Shown: positions 1 to 8,863 of the stretch, piece by piece
Layout of the letters: every line of letters starts with the position of its first letter
How positions within the stretch are numbered: position 1 is the first letter of the stretch
Virus record (IMG/VR): IMGVR_UViG_3300021255_000309
DNA from: a virus
DNA: 37,750 nt
Reading direction: 5' to 3' (one strand)
Made by a program: the position numbers and the translations under genes
The notes under the pieces: model-generated
What the model was told of the DNA's origin: nothing
Seen by the model: only the letters and a program-made list of their open reading frames with translations
The model's database searches: none

Positions 1-107
1 AGCTCTTAGAGGGGCTTCTTGCGATAGCACCACCAGACGGCATCGTCCTGGATGCTTTCATGGGATCCGGCAGCACCGGAGTGGCCTGCATGAACACCGG
101 CAGGAGG
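1..107 (+). repeat. Terminal overlap copy 1 (identical to 37644-37750)
   Basis: agctcttagaggggcttcttgcgatagcaccacc...caggagg is present at both ends of the window. Confidence 0.95.
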
Positions 108-197
108 TTCGTCGGCATTGAGCTCAACGAGCAGTATTATGACATAGCGAACGTTCGCATCCGGGAAGCGTTTGAGAGCAGTCTGGAGGACTTCTGA
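1..197 (+). CDS. DNA methyltransferase, C-terminal part (continues the ORF that starts at 37085 across the contig junction)
   Basis: In-frame continuation with codons at 3, 6, and so on: ...FMGSGSTGVACMNTGRRFVGIELNEQYYDIANVRIREAFESSLEDF. Stop TGA at 195-197. FxGSG is the SAM-binding motif. Confidence 0.85.
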   Translation, partial: LLEGLLAIAPPDGIVLDAFMGSGSTGVACMNTGRRFVGIELNEQYYDIANVRIREAFESSLEDF

Positions 198-256
198 CAA
201 AGATGAGAAGAATGAGAAAATAATATGTGATATTATTATATCGTGAACGAATTGAG

Positions 257-278
257 AGAGCAGGCGAGGGCCTGCTCT
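257..278 (+). terminator. Hairpin after the methyltransferase gene (possible terminator or regulatory stem-loop upstream of terS)
   Basis: agagcaggc-gagg-gcctgctct forms a 9-bp stem with a 4-nt loop. It is followed by tcttac, which is only a weak T tract. Confidence 0.4.
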
Positions 279-319
279 TCTTACGTTCTAAAACCAACGA
301 ATAGCAAGGAGGTGAGACC

Positions 320-1030
320 GTGCCGAAGGCGAAGAACGCGAAGGCGGACGAGGCCCTTGCGCTCTATCGGCAGGGACTCAAACTTGTGGATATAGCACGA
401 CAGCTCGAGCTGCCGGAGGGAACGGTCCGTCGATGGAAACACTCCTACGACTGGGACGGATGCAAAAGCGAACGTTCGGAAAAGAAAAAAGCGAGCGTTC
501 GGAAGCGCGGCGCACAGCCGGGGAACCATAACGCAAAAGGTGGCCCGCTGAGGAACCAGCACGCCAGGAAGTTCGGGTTCTATAACAAGTACCTCCCGGA
601 AGAGACCCTGGAGATCTTCGAGGAAATCGAGGACGCTGATCCGCTGGATCTTCTCTGGGATCAGATCCGCTTCTCATACACGGCCATCGTCAGAGCTCAA
701 AAGATCGCCTTCGTTAAAGACGAGGACGACAAGACCAGCGAGATCACGATGGAGGCGTTCGGGGAGAACGGATCCACAACGGCCTGGGAGATCCAGCAGG
801 CATGGGACAAGCAGGCCAACTTCATGAAGGCCCAGGCGACAGCGATGAGCGCACTGAGGGGCCTTATAAAACAGTATGATGAGATGCTGAACGGGCGCGG
901 AGAGAACGCCACCGAGGAACAGAAGCTACGGCTCGAGCTTCTGAGGAATAAGCTCGGGGATAACAGCAACCAGGTCAAGAAGGTGACGATCGTCAATGAT
1001 ACAAGACGAGCAAGTGATCCGGATCAGTGA
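320..1030 (+). CDS. terS: Terminase small subunit (N-terminal HTH)
   Basis: GTG start 7 nt after AGGAGG. HTH segment LVDIARQLELPEGTVRRWK. Lies immediately upstream of and overlapping terL. Confidence 0.7.
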   Translation: MPKAKNAKADEALALYRQGLKLVDIARQLELPEGTVRRWKHSYDWDGCKSERSEKKKASVRKRGAQPGNHNAKGGPLRNQHARKFGFYNKYLPEETLEIFEEIEDADPLDLLWDQIRFSYTAIVRAQKIAFVKDEDDKTSEITMEAFGENGSTTAWEIQQAWDKQANFMKAQATAMSALRGLIKQYDEMLNGRGENATEEQKLRLELLRNKLGDNSNQVKKVTIVNDTRRASDPDQ

Positions 1031-2360
1031 CCTGATCATCCCAAAATTTTGGGACGTGTTCAATGATACGGAGCACACCCACAAGATCCTGACCTCCGGA
1101 AGAGCCGGGACAAAGTCCTCAGAGGCAGCGATCGAGACAGTCTTCAAGCTGGTGCAGGATATTGACGGAAGCGCCGTCGTTATCCGTAAGCGCCACAACA
1201 AGCTGAGGAAGACGGTGTACAAAGAGATCAAGAGGGCGATCAAGAGGCTGGGCCTTGACGAGCGCCTTTTTAAGATCACAGTGAGCCCGATGGAGATCAC
1301 GTTCAAAGAGAACGGCAACACGATCTACTTCACCGGCTCCGATAATATTGACGACACGAAGGGCATCATCGACGAGAGCAAGCCGATCAAGCTGGTCATG
1401 ATCGACGAGGTCAATGAGTTCTTCGAGCAGGGCGAAGGAGAGGACGAGCTCCAGAACATTGAGGCGACCTTCATCAGAGGAAACGACGAAGGCTTCCAGA
1501 TGCTCTACCTCTACAACCCACCAAAGAACCCGAACGCCCCGGTCGTTCAATGGACTCAGAAGATGGAGCAGAGACCTGACTGCATCCACGTCCATGTGGA
1601 CTACCGTGACGTGCCCGAGGCGTGGATCGGCAAGAAGCTCCTGGAGTCTGCCGAGATCCTCCGGCGGATAGACGAGAGGCAGTGGAGATGGCTCTGGCTG
1701 GGCGAGAGCATAGGCGTCGACGAGCTGATCTACTACATGTTCGGCAACAAGAACGTGGCCAGGACAAAAGAGGAAGCCTACCAGATGATCGGCGTGGGTG
1801 TTGACTATGGCCAACAGAACGCGACGACCTTCCAGGCGGCCGGGCTCAATCTACAGAGGCACAAGCTCGAGGGCCTGGCTGAGTATTACCACAGCGGCAG
1901 GGAGACCGGAAAGCAGAAGAGCCCGAGCAAGTACGCGGAGGACTTCGTTGAGTTCCTGGACGGCCTGCACGAGCGCTACAAGTGCTCGACCTTTTACGTG
2001 TTCATTGATCCGTCGGCGAAGGGCCTGGCGGAAGAAATAAAGAGAACCTGCAGAAGCGCTCCCTACAATGTACTGCTGAGAGACGCGGAGAACGAGGTCG
2101 CCCTGGGGATCTCCAGGGTGCAGAAGCTCCTGATGTTCGAGATGCTTTCCATTGATCCGGGACAGACAAACGCCCGGAGGGAGTTCGGTCTCTACGAGTA
2201 CGACGCGAAGAGCATCGAAAAAGGGCAGGAGAAGCCGGTCAAGGTGGACGATCACTGCATGGACGCGATCCGCTACCTGGTGATGGGCTTCTGGTCAAAA
2301 TTGAAGCACTACCTCCCGATCGCTGAGAAGGAGGACGAAGTGGAGGGTATAATTTCATGA
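996..2360 (+). CDS. terL: Terminase large subunit (PBSX/Terminase_3-like)
   Basis: Walker A-like GRAGTKS, Walker B LVMIDEVNEF, C-terminal nuclease motif VDDHCMDAIRY. 454 aa. Confidence 0.9.
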   Translation: MIQDEQVIRISDLIIPKFWDVFNDTEHTHKILTSGRAGTKSSEAAIETVFKLVQDIDGSAVVIRKRHNKLRKTVYKEIKRAIKRLGLDERLFKITVSPMEITFKENGNTIYFTGSDNIDDTKGIIDESKPIKLVMIDEVNEFFEQGEGEDELQNIEATFIRGNDEGFQMLYLYNPPKNPNAPVVQWTQKMEQRPDCIHVHVDYRDVPEAWIGKKLLESAEILRRIDERQWRWLWLGESIGVDELIYYMFGNKNVARTKEEAYQMIGVGVDYGQQNATTFQAAGLNLQRHKLEGLAEYYHSGRETGKQKSPSKYAEDFVEFLDGLHERYKCSTFYVFIDPSAKGLAEEIKRTCRSAPYNVLLRDAENEVALGISRVQKLLMFEMLSIDPGQTNARREFGLYEYDAKSIEKGQEKPVKVDDHCMDAIRYLVMGFWSKLKHYLPIAEKEDEVEGIIS

Positions 2361-3805
2361 ATATCTTTGAATATTTCAAGAAGAAGGGCATCGACACGAT
2401 CGACAGCTCCTTCTATAGCAAGATCGCCATGTGGGACAGCTGGTACCGCTCGAACGTGAAGAAGTTCCACCAGTACCGGATCTACCACGGGGCGAGTCAC
2501 TATGAAAACTGTCACAGGAAGAGCCTCGGCATGGCCAAGAAGCTCTGCGAGGATATCAGTGACCTGCTCCTCAACGAGAAGGTCAAGATCACGATCGAGA
2601 ACCCTGAGACGGACGCCTTCGTGAAGAAGGTGCTGGAGGATGCGAACTTCGTCGTCCAGGGCAACGAGTACCAGGAGAGAAAAGCGGCCTGCGGGACAGT
2701 GGCCTATGTTCCCTATCTCACCAACATGGTCATCGATGAAGAGGGCCGTGTGGTTGGTGCGGATGTGAAGATCGACTACGTTGTGGCCAAGAACATCTTC
2801 CCGGTCGCATGGGAGAACAGCCGGGTCACTGAGGTGGTCTTCGTATTTGAGAAGACATACAAGCGCAAGAAGTACGCACAGTTCCAGCATCACAAGCTCG
2901 AGCCCTTGACCGGAGAGAACGGTGAGGACCTGGGCTACCAGTACGTGATCGAGAACAGCGTCGTCCTCTGCACGTCCGGATCCGGCAGAGAGCTGACTCC
3001 GGAAGAGTGGAACGAGATCCCGCACTTCGAGGGCCTCGCTCAGAGAGTCGAGACAGGATCCCCGCTGCCTCAGTTCGTACTTGATAAGCTCAACATCGTG
3101 AACAATGTGGACGAGGATGACAGCAACCCGATGGGGATCAGCCTCTTCGCCAACAGCGTGGACGTGCTGGCCAAGACCGATCTGGAGTATGACAGCTATG
3201 CGAACGAGTTCACACTCGGCCGCAAGAGGATCTTCGTCGCTCCGGAGATGCTGACTGACGCCAACGGCGACAAGGTCTTCGATCCGGACGACAGTGTCTT
3301 CTATCAGCTGCCGGAGGACTACTTCAAAGACACCAAGGAAGCCATGCACGAGGTCAACATGAGCCTGAGGGTCCAGGAGCATGAGCAGGCCATCAACAAC
3401 GACCTCAACCTCCTGAGCTTCAAGTGTGGCTTCGGTACCCAGTACTATCGGTTCGAGAAGGGAACGATCACAACGGCCACCCAGGTCATCAGTGAGAACT
3501 CCGACATGTACCGGACTATCAGGAAGCACGAGATCATCCTGGAGGATGTATTGAAGGATCTGATCCGTGTGATCATCCGCCTCGGCATGACCGCAAACGT
3601 GCCCGGACTGGTTGCAGAGAGCAACATCACCATCGACTTCGATGACTCGATCATCGAGGACAAGCAAACGGAAAGGCAGGAGGACCGGCAGGATGTAGCC
3701 ATGGGAGTCATGAGACCGGAGGAGTACCGTGCGAAGTGGTACGGCGAAAGTGAAGAAATCGCTGCCACTAAGCTCCCGGATCAGGCAGTCGGGATCCTGA
3801 TGTGA
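2357..3805 (+). CDS. Portal protein (SPP1 gp6-like)
   Basis: 482 aa, directly after terL with an ATGA overlap and a GGAGGG RBS. Size and position are typical of a portal. Confidence 0.8.
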   Translation: MNIFEYFKKKGIDTIDSSFYSKIAMWDSWYRSNVKKFHQYRIYHGASHYENCHRKSLGMAKKLCEDISDLLLNEKVKITIENPETDAFVKKVLEDANFVVQGNEYQERKAACGTVAYVPYLTNMVIDEEGRVVGADVKIDYVVAKNIFPVAWENSRVTEVVFVFEKTYKRKKYAQFQHHKLEPLTGENGEDLGYQYVIENSVVLCTSGSGRELTPEEWNEIPHFEGLAQRVETGSPLPQFVLDKLNIVNNVDEDDSNPMGISLFANSVDVLAKTDLEYDSYANEFTLGRKRIFVAPEMLTDANGDKVFDPDDSVFYQLPEDYFKDTKEAMHEVNMSLRVQEHEQAINNDLNLLSFKCGFGTQYYRFEKGTITTATQVISENSDMYRTIRKHEIILEDVLKDLIRVIIRLGMTANVPGLVAESNITIDFDDSIIEDKQTERQEDRQDVAMGVMRPEEYRAKWYGESEEIAATKLPDQAVGILM

Positions 3806-3809
3806 TTTT

Positions 3810-5135
3810 ATGGACGAAAGCTACCACAGCACACTGGCTGCAGGAATAGAGAAAAAATACAGACAGCTCGAGCAGGAGATCATGGAGGACATCATCCGGA
3901 GAGTCAAGAAGGCGGGATCAATAACAGACTCCGCTGACTGGCAGATCCAGCGCCTCGTCATCCTGGGGAACAGCTCCAAGGACATCGAGGAGCTCATCCG
4001 GAAGGCGGTGGACGGAAACGAGGAGGAAGTCCGCAGGCTCTATGCGGAAGTGATCGAGAAGGAATACACCAGGAACAAGGAGCTCTACGAGCAGATCGGC
4101 AAGGACTTCATCCCATACGAGGACAACCTGGAGCTCCAGCAGATCACCAACGCGCTCATCCAACAGTCAAACGACGAGCTGTACAACATCACGAAGTCCA
4201 CGGGCTTCATGATTGACATGGGCCGAGGCGGGAAAGTCTTCACACCTCTGTCTGACATATACAACGGCTACCTGGACGACGCCATCACGGGCATGGCCAA
4301 CGGGGCCTATGATTACAACACACTGGTCCGTCGTATGGTCGGCGACATGACAGCCTCAGGGCTCCGCACCGATCACGCGTTCAGCGATGGTGGCCGTGAT
4401 TATGGCATAGACTACGCGAGCGGATGGCATAACCGCATCGATGTGGCTGCACGGAGGGCACTGCTCACAGGCTTCGGCCAGCTGGCCAGTCAGGTCACAA
4501 GCATGAACGCCCAGGCGCTCGGCACTCAGTACTTCGAGGTGACATGGCACGCCGGAGCTCGTCCGGAGCACCAGGAGTGGCAGGGCAAGGTCTACACCAT
4601 GGAGCAGCTGACAACTAAGTGCGGACTGGGAACCGGTCCCGGCTTATGTGGTTGGAACTGTCGGCACACGTACTACCCGTTCATCCCTGGGATCAGTGAG
4701 AGGCTCTACACAGACGAATGGCTGCAAGAGCAGAACGCCAGGGAGAACACTCCGGTCAAGTTCCGGGGCAGAGAGTACACCACCTACGAGGCCACCCAGA
4801 AGCAGAGGCAGATGGAGACGGCCATGAGAGCAAGGCGCGAACAGGTGGAGCTCTTGCGTCAGGCCGGAGCCGATCAGGAAGACATCACGATCGCCCGCTG
4901 CAAGTATCAGGCACAGCTGGAGGAGTACCGAAAGTTCAGCGACGCGATGCACCTGCCGGAGCAGATGGAGCGAGTCTATACAGGAAGGACCAGGGGCAGG
5001 ATCTCACCGAGCCCTCAGGTTTATGCGCAATGGAGAGCTGAACAGTATCAGAAGGCAGTCAACCGGGAAAGAGAACGCCAGGAGAGACAGCGCCGGGAAG
5101 ATATGAAGGCATACCAGGAGGGGAAGTTATGGTAG
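3810..5135 (+). CDS. Minor head/morphogenesis protein (Mu F / SPP1 gp7-like)
   Basis: Motifs WHAGARPEHQEWQGKVYT and GWNCRHTYYPF are typical of the Phage_Mu_F domain. Follows the portal gene. Confidence 0.8.
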   Translation: MDESYHSTLAAGIEKKYRQLEQEIMEDIIRRVKKAGSITDSADWQIQRLVILGNSSKDIEELIRKAVDGNEEEVRRLYAEVIEKEYTRNKELYEQIGKDFIPYEDNLELQQITNALIQQSNDELYNITKSTGFMIDMGRGGKVFTPLSDIYNGYLDDAITGMANGAYDYNTLVRRMVGDMTASGLRTDHAFSDGGRDYGIDYASGWHNRIDVAARRALLTGFGQLASQVTSMNAQALGTQYFEVTWHAGARPEHQEWQGKVYTMEQLTTKCGLGTGPGLCGWNCRHTYYPFIPGISERLYTDEWLQEQNARENTPVKFRGREYTTYEATQKQRQMETAMRARREQVELLRQAGADQEDITIARCKYQAQLEEYRKFSDAMHLPEQMERVYTGRTRGRISPSPQVYAQWRAEQYQKAVNRERERQERQRREDMKAYQEGKLW

Positions 5136-5425
5136 AGGTACATCTCGGACTCCATGACATAACGGTCAAGGGTCACGCGCCAAGACCGGAGGGAGTGGAG
5201 CCCGGTCAGAATATAGTCTGCGCGGCGGTGTCAGCGCTGACCCTCACACTCATCGAGGGGCTGGAAGCGATCGCCGGCATGAAGATCGAGACAGTCGAGG
5301 AGGTTGGCAACGTCAGCATCCATTGGATGCAGGTCAACGAGATCGGCAAGGCTCTGATCGACACCTGGTACATCGGCATCAACCGGATCCAGGATAACTA
5401 CAAAAACACAATAACGATAGTATGA
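5129..5425 (+). CDS. prp: Prp-like cysteine protease (ribosomal-processing cysteine protease family, DUF464)
   Basis: 98 aa. VKGHAPRPEGVEPGQNIVCAAVSALT matches the Prp GHA...(D/N)IVCAxxS catalytic His/Cys signature. AGGAGGGG RBS. Confidence 0.75.
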   Translation: MVEVHLGLHDITVKGHAPRPEGVEPGQNIVCAAVSALTLTLIEGLEAIAGMKIETVEEVGNVSIHWMQVNEIGKALIDTWYIGINRIQDNYKNTITIV

Positions 5426-5524
5426 GCGTCCTCGTCCCGGGCGCTTTTATTATGGCCGGACGGCTCTGCCTTAATGAGCTGGAAGTGTTCACGCACACAA
5501 CAAAAACGGAGGAATAAAAAGACA

Positions 5525-6154
5525 ATGAAGCACAACATCTTCAACTTACAGCTTTTTGACGACGGCGGTCAGGGCGGCTCTGGTTCCCAGGGTGGAAGTA
5601 CAGCCGGAACTGGCAACGGCGGCCAGGCAGCAACGAACGCCGGAGGAAACAACGCAACAAACGGCGGCTCGTACAGCTTCCAGCAGGCTGAGGAGATTGC
5701 GAACGCAAGAGCCCAGAGAGCCGAAAAGGCTGCACTCGCTTCCTACTTCAAACAGCAGGGCATGAGCGAGGACGAAGTGGGGAAGGCAATCGCGGCATAC
5801 AAGGCCCAGCAGGCAGCAAGCAAGCCTGACGTCGACAGCATCACCAAAGAGCGCGACGATGCTCGTGCTGAGTTGGAAGCCTTGAAGAACAGCAACGCAC
5901 TCCGCGCCAAGGGAGTCAGAGAAGAGGACATTGACTATGTCATGTTCAAAGTCTCCGCTCTTATGAGCCAGGATGACAAGCTCGACTTCGAGAAGGCTGT
6001 CGCTAAGTACTTAAAAGACAACCCGCGCTTCGCGGTTGGTGGGTCCACCTACAAGGTGACGACCGGCACGAACGGGTCCAACCAGGGCAACAGCTCCGGA
6101 CAGGGCACCAACGACGCGATCAACAACGCCATCAGAAGAGCGGCACGTCACTGA
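5525..6154 (+). CDS. Capsid scaffolding protein (DUF4355-like) with an N-terminal Prp-type propeptide
   Basis: The internal ATG at 5525 with a GGAGGA RBS is preferred over the ORF-track start at 5474. MKHNIFNLQLFDDGG, then a Gly/Asn-rich linker and an Ala/Lys/Glu coiled coil. Lies immediately upstream of the capsid gene. Confidence 0.7.
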   Translation: MKHNIFNLQLFDDGGQGGSGSQGGSTAGTGNGGQAATNAGGNNATNGGSYSFQQAEEIANARAQRAEKAALASYFKQQGMSEDEVGKAIAAYKAQQAASKPDVDSITKERDDARAELEALKNSNALRAKGVREEDIDYVMFKVSALMSQDDKLDFEKAVAKYLKDNPRFAVGGSTYKVTTGTNGSNQGNSSGQGTNDAINNAIRRAARH

Positions 6155-6192
6155 TGCAAACAAACAACGATATTATACGGAGGTATAAAAAC

Positions 6193-7188
6193 ATGAGAAA
6201 GTTCAACTTACAGCTTTTTGACGATCCCACACCTGCACCGGTTAGCGATGCAACCGGAATTTTCAGAACCGACGCAGACGCCCTCATCCCTGAGGATCGT
6301 GCGAAGGAGATCATCCAGGGCACCATCGAGCAGTCTTCTGCTCTTTCCATGGGCCGCAAGCTCGCAAACATGACAGCGAAGCAGACCAAGCTCCCTGTCC
6401 TTGACTCTCTTCCTATCGCGTACTTCGTAGACGGAGACGCTGAGCAGAAGAAGACCACAACCCAGGCATGGGACAAGAAGACGATCTACGCAGAAGAGAT
6501 CGCTGTCATCGTTCCCATCCCTGAGGCAGTACTCGACGACTCCGAGTACGACATCTGGGGAGAGGTAAAGCCTCGCGTCCAGGAAGCCTTCGGCAAGGTT
6601 ATCGATGCAGCCATCTTCTTCGGAACTGGCAAGCCTACCAACTGGAGACAGGGACTTGTGCCTACAGCCGTTGCTGCTGGTGCAGTCGCTACTCTCGGAG
6701 CAAACGACAACCTCTACGACAAGATCCTCGCAGAGAACGGCGTGGTTGCAAAGGTTGAGGACTCTGGCTACTTCGTAACCGGCCACGTTGCTGACATCTC
6801 CATGAGATCTAAGCTCCGCGGATTGAAGGATCAGCAGCAGCGTCCTCTTTTCCTCAGCTCCATGCAGGCAGCTGGCAACTACACACTGGACGGCTCTGCG
6901 ATGCACTTCCCTCGCAACGGTTCCTGGGACAAGACCGAGGCCCTCATGGTTTCCGGCGACTTCTCTCAGTTAGTGTACAGCATCCGCCAGGACATCACCT
7001 TCAAGCTCTTCACCGAAGGCGTAGTACAGAACACAGACGGATCGATCGCTTACAACCTCATGCAGAACGACATGGTTGCGCTCCGTGCGGTAATGAGACT
7101 CGGCTGGGAGATCCCGAACCCTGTCAATGCGCTCAAGACCAACAAGAACCAGCGCTTCCCGTTCGCAGTTCTCAAGAGCGGATCATAA
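6193..7188 (+). CDS. Major capsid protein (HK97 fold) with an N-terminal Prp-type propeptide
   Basis: ATG at 6193 after a GGAGG RBS. The ORF-track start at 6154 has no RBS. Begins MRKFNLQLFDDPTP. About 331 aa, located after the scaffold gene. Confidence 0.8.
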   Translation: MRKFNLQLFDDPTPAPVSDATGIFRTDADALIPEDRAKEIIQGTIEQSSALSMGRKLANMTAKQTKLPVLDSLPIAYFVDGDAEQKKTTTQAWDKKTIYAEEIAVIVPIPEAVLDDSEYDIWGEVKPRVQEAFGKVIDAAIFFGTGKPTNWRQGLVPTAVAAGAVATLGANDNLYDKILAENGVVAKVEDSGYFVTGHVADISMRSKLRGLKDQQQRPLFLSSMQAAGNYTLDGSAMHFPRNGSWDKTEALMVSGDFSQLVYSIRQDITFKLFTEGVVQNTDGSIAYNLMQNDMVALRAVMRLGWEIPNPVNALKTNKNQRFPFAVLKSGS

Positions 7189-7210
7189 GCGTCGGAAGGA
7201 GGGCAAGCTG

Positions 7211-7642
7211 ATGGGCTACGTCGATTATGCTTTTTACAGTCAGACCTTCGGGAACAACATCCCGGAGGCTGACTTCTCCAAGGCCGAGACGAAGGCAGAG
7301 GCGGCCATCAGCTACCTCACCTACGTGAACGGTGACATCTTCGCGACTGAGGACGACCGCGTGAAGCTCGCGGTGTGTGCGGCGGCGGAGACTATTTACT
7401 ACAGCGAAAAACAGACCAGTGCGACCGGCGGCAATGGTGCCGGGATCAAGAGCGAGAGCAACGACGGCTACTCTGTCACCTATGTGACGGAAGCACAGGA
7501 TGGCCAGACAGCTGAGGCGACGCTTCGCAAGAAGGTGGCCGAGGCGGTGAGGGTGTACCTGCTGCCGACCGGATGGCTCAGCCGGAAGGTCAAGATGGGA
7601 GGGTGCTGCCATGAATGTGCAGAAGGTCATAACAGTCTTTAA
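7211..7642 (+). CDS. Head-tail connector protein (gp6-like)
   Basis: ATG at 7211 after GGAAGGAGGG. MGYVDYAFYSQTFG... First gene after the capsid gene. Confidence 0.55.
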   Translation: MGYVDYAFYSQTFGNNIPEADFSKAETKAEAAISYLTYVNGDIFATEDDRVKLAVCAAAETIYYSEKQTSATGGNGAGIKSESNDGYSVTYVTEAQDGQTAEATLRKKVAEAVRVYLLPTGWLSRKVKMGGCCHECAEGHNSL

Positions 7643-8048
7643 TAAACGCCTGGGCGAAGACCGGCGCGACCTGTTCTGGCCGACTTGCATCAGCAGCGCT
7701 TCTTTCATGGAGAGCCGAGGATCGAACTCCTCCAAGGGAGTGCACTCTGAGAGTCTGACCTACAAGCTGCGGATCCCGATTGACGCAACAGTCCAGAATG
7801 GGCGCACCTACGTTGACGAGCAAGCCTTCAAAGCGCTGCCAGTTGACGATCTGGGAGCCCACTGGACTTTGCAAAAGGGTGACATCATCCTGACAGCAGA
7901 GACAGAGCTGACTGAGGCAATGACTGCCGAGGAAGTGAAGCAGCTCGCCCAGGACACTCTGGCGGACGTCATAACGGTGAAGGAGTACGCGGACAACACG
8001 ATCAGAGGCTCGAGATCAGTCCAGCACTGGCGCATAGGGGGTGAGTAA
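7611..8048 (+). CDS. Head closure/adaptor protein (putative)
   Basis: 145 aa. Assigned from its position in the connector block. No diagnostic motif recognised. Confidence 0.4.
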   Translation: MNVQKVITVFNKRLGEDRRDLFWPTCISSASFMESRGSNSSKGVHSESLTYKLRIPIDATVQNGRTYVDEQAFKALPVDDLGAHWTLQKGDIILTAETELTEAMTAEEVKQLAQDTLADVITVKEYADNTIRGSRSVQHWRIGGE

Positions 8049-8423
8049 ATGCCATTTAAGCCTATCGAAAACCCCAGGGGTGTGATCATACAAGGAAAAA
8101 ACGGCAAGGCGCAGCTCATATGGAGCGCCGGATGCGCCCCTCGACTGAATGAAGTGCTAAAAGGGAAGCAGAAGATCATCGACAGCGAGGTCCTCCGCTT
8201 ATGTGCTCCACTGGTTCCGAAGAGGACCGGAGCACTGGAGAGATCCGGAACGCTCGGGACGGTCATCGGCTCCGGCACTGTTCAATATATCGCGCCGTAT
8301 GCTCGGGCCCAGTACTACAACACCAGCCAGTCCAGGAGTTACGACTCCAGACGCGGCGGCATGTGGTTCGAGCGCATGAAGGTGGCCAACAAGGCCCAGA
8401 TCCAGAAGCTCATCAACATGTAA
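8049..8423 (+). CDS. HK97 gp10-like head-tail joining protein
   Basis: 124 aa. LVPKRTGALERSG and YIAPYARAQYY resemble the gp10-family core. Confidence 0.5.
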   Translation: MPFKPIENPRGVIIQGKNGKAQLIWSAGCAPRLNEVLKGKQKIIDSEVLRLCAPLVPKRTGALERSGTLGTVIGSGTVQYIAPYARAQYYNTSQSRSYDSRRGGMWFERMKVANKAQIQKLINM

Positions 8424-8435
8424 AGGAGGAGGAAC

Positions 8436-8861
8436 ATGGTCAAGTCAATCATTGAGGGCGTGGCTGCCTTTTTCCTGGAGTGTCCGCTTCTGTCTGAGGG
8501 CGCGTTCCGCGTGGACGCTCTGGGCGATCAGCCGACAGAGTACGCGATCGAGACGGGGATCTTTGACCCGATCATCGAGACCTACATCGACGGCAGCTCA
8601 GACAGGCGCTACCAGTTCAACTTTGGCAGCCGGGAATACTACAGCATGGACCGAGTGCAGAACATAGCCAACAGTACCTTCTACGAAGACCTGGCGGACT
8701 GGGTGGAAGCTCAGAACGCTGCAGGGCACTTCCCGGAGCTCCCGGAAGGGATGCACCCGGAGGAGATCAAGGTGCTGTCACCTGGTTATCTGTTCGACGA
8801 GTCGATGCAGAACGCCCGGTATCAAATTCAATTAGAACTCAATTATCACAAGGAGGCATAG
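8436..8861 (+). CDS. Tail completion/terminator-like structural protein (putative)
   Basis: 141 aa, GGAGGAGG RBS, lies immediately upstream of the major tail gene. Confidence 0.35.
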   Translation: MVKSIIEGVAAFFLECPLLSEGAFRVDALGDQPTEYAIETGIFDPIIETYIDGSSDRRYQFNFGSREYYSMDRVQNIANSTFYEDLADWVEAQNAAGHFPELPEGMHPEEIKVLSPGYLFDESMQNARYQIQLELNYHKEA

Positions 8862-8863
8862 CC

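Noticed and set aside
1-107. Terminal repeat as a biological LTR/DTR or an insertion-sequence end.
   Set aside because: It falls in the middle of a continuous methyltransferase ORF and has no associated inverted repeats or transposase. It is most simply an assembly overlap of a circular molecule.
2309-3667. Long antisense ORFs opposite clearly coding genes. Examples: 2309..3667(-) at 452 aa, 1119..1814(-), 6208..6906(-), 22381..23448(+), 25819..26661(-), 30043..30720(-) and 33244..33876(-).
   Set aside because: Each lies fully inside a gene with recognisable motifs on the other strand. They lack RBSs and have skewed Leu/Val/Arg/His/Asp-rich composition, as expected for shadow frames in GC-biased coding DNA.
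5403-5450. Possible terminator hairpin after the Prp gene (agcgtcc...gggcgct followed by tttatt).
   Set aside because: The stem is short, needs a G-U pair and has a weak T tract. It is not convincing without folding energies.
5474-6192. The longer N-terminal extensions given by the ORF track for the scaffold (start 5474) and capsid (start 6154) genes. The same question arises at 7127, 20287, 20625, 24203, 24787, 28294, 36155 and 36642.
   Set aside because: The upstream starts lack Shine-Dalgarno sequences and overlap the preceding genes. Internal ATGs preceded by GGAGG-type RBSs give proteins that begin with recognisable N-termini.
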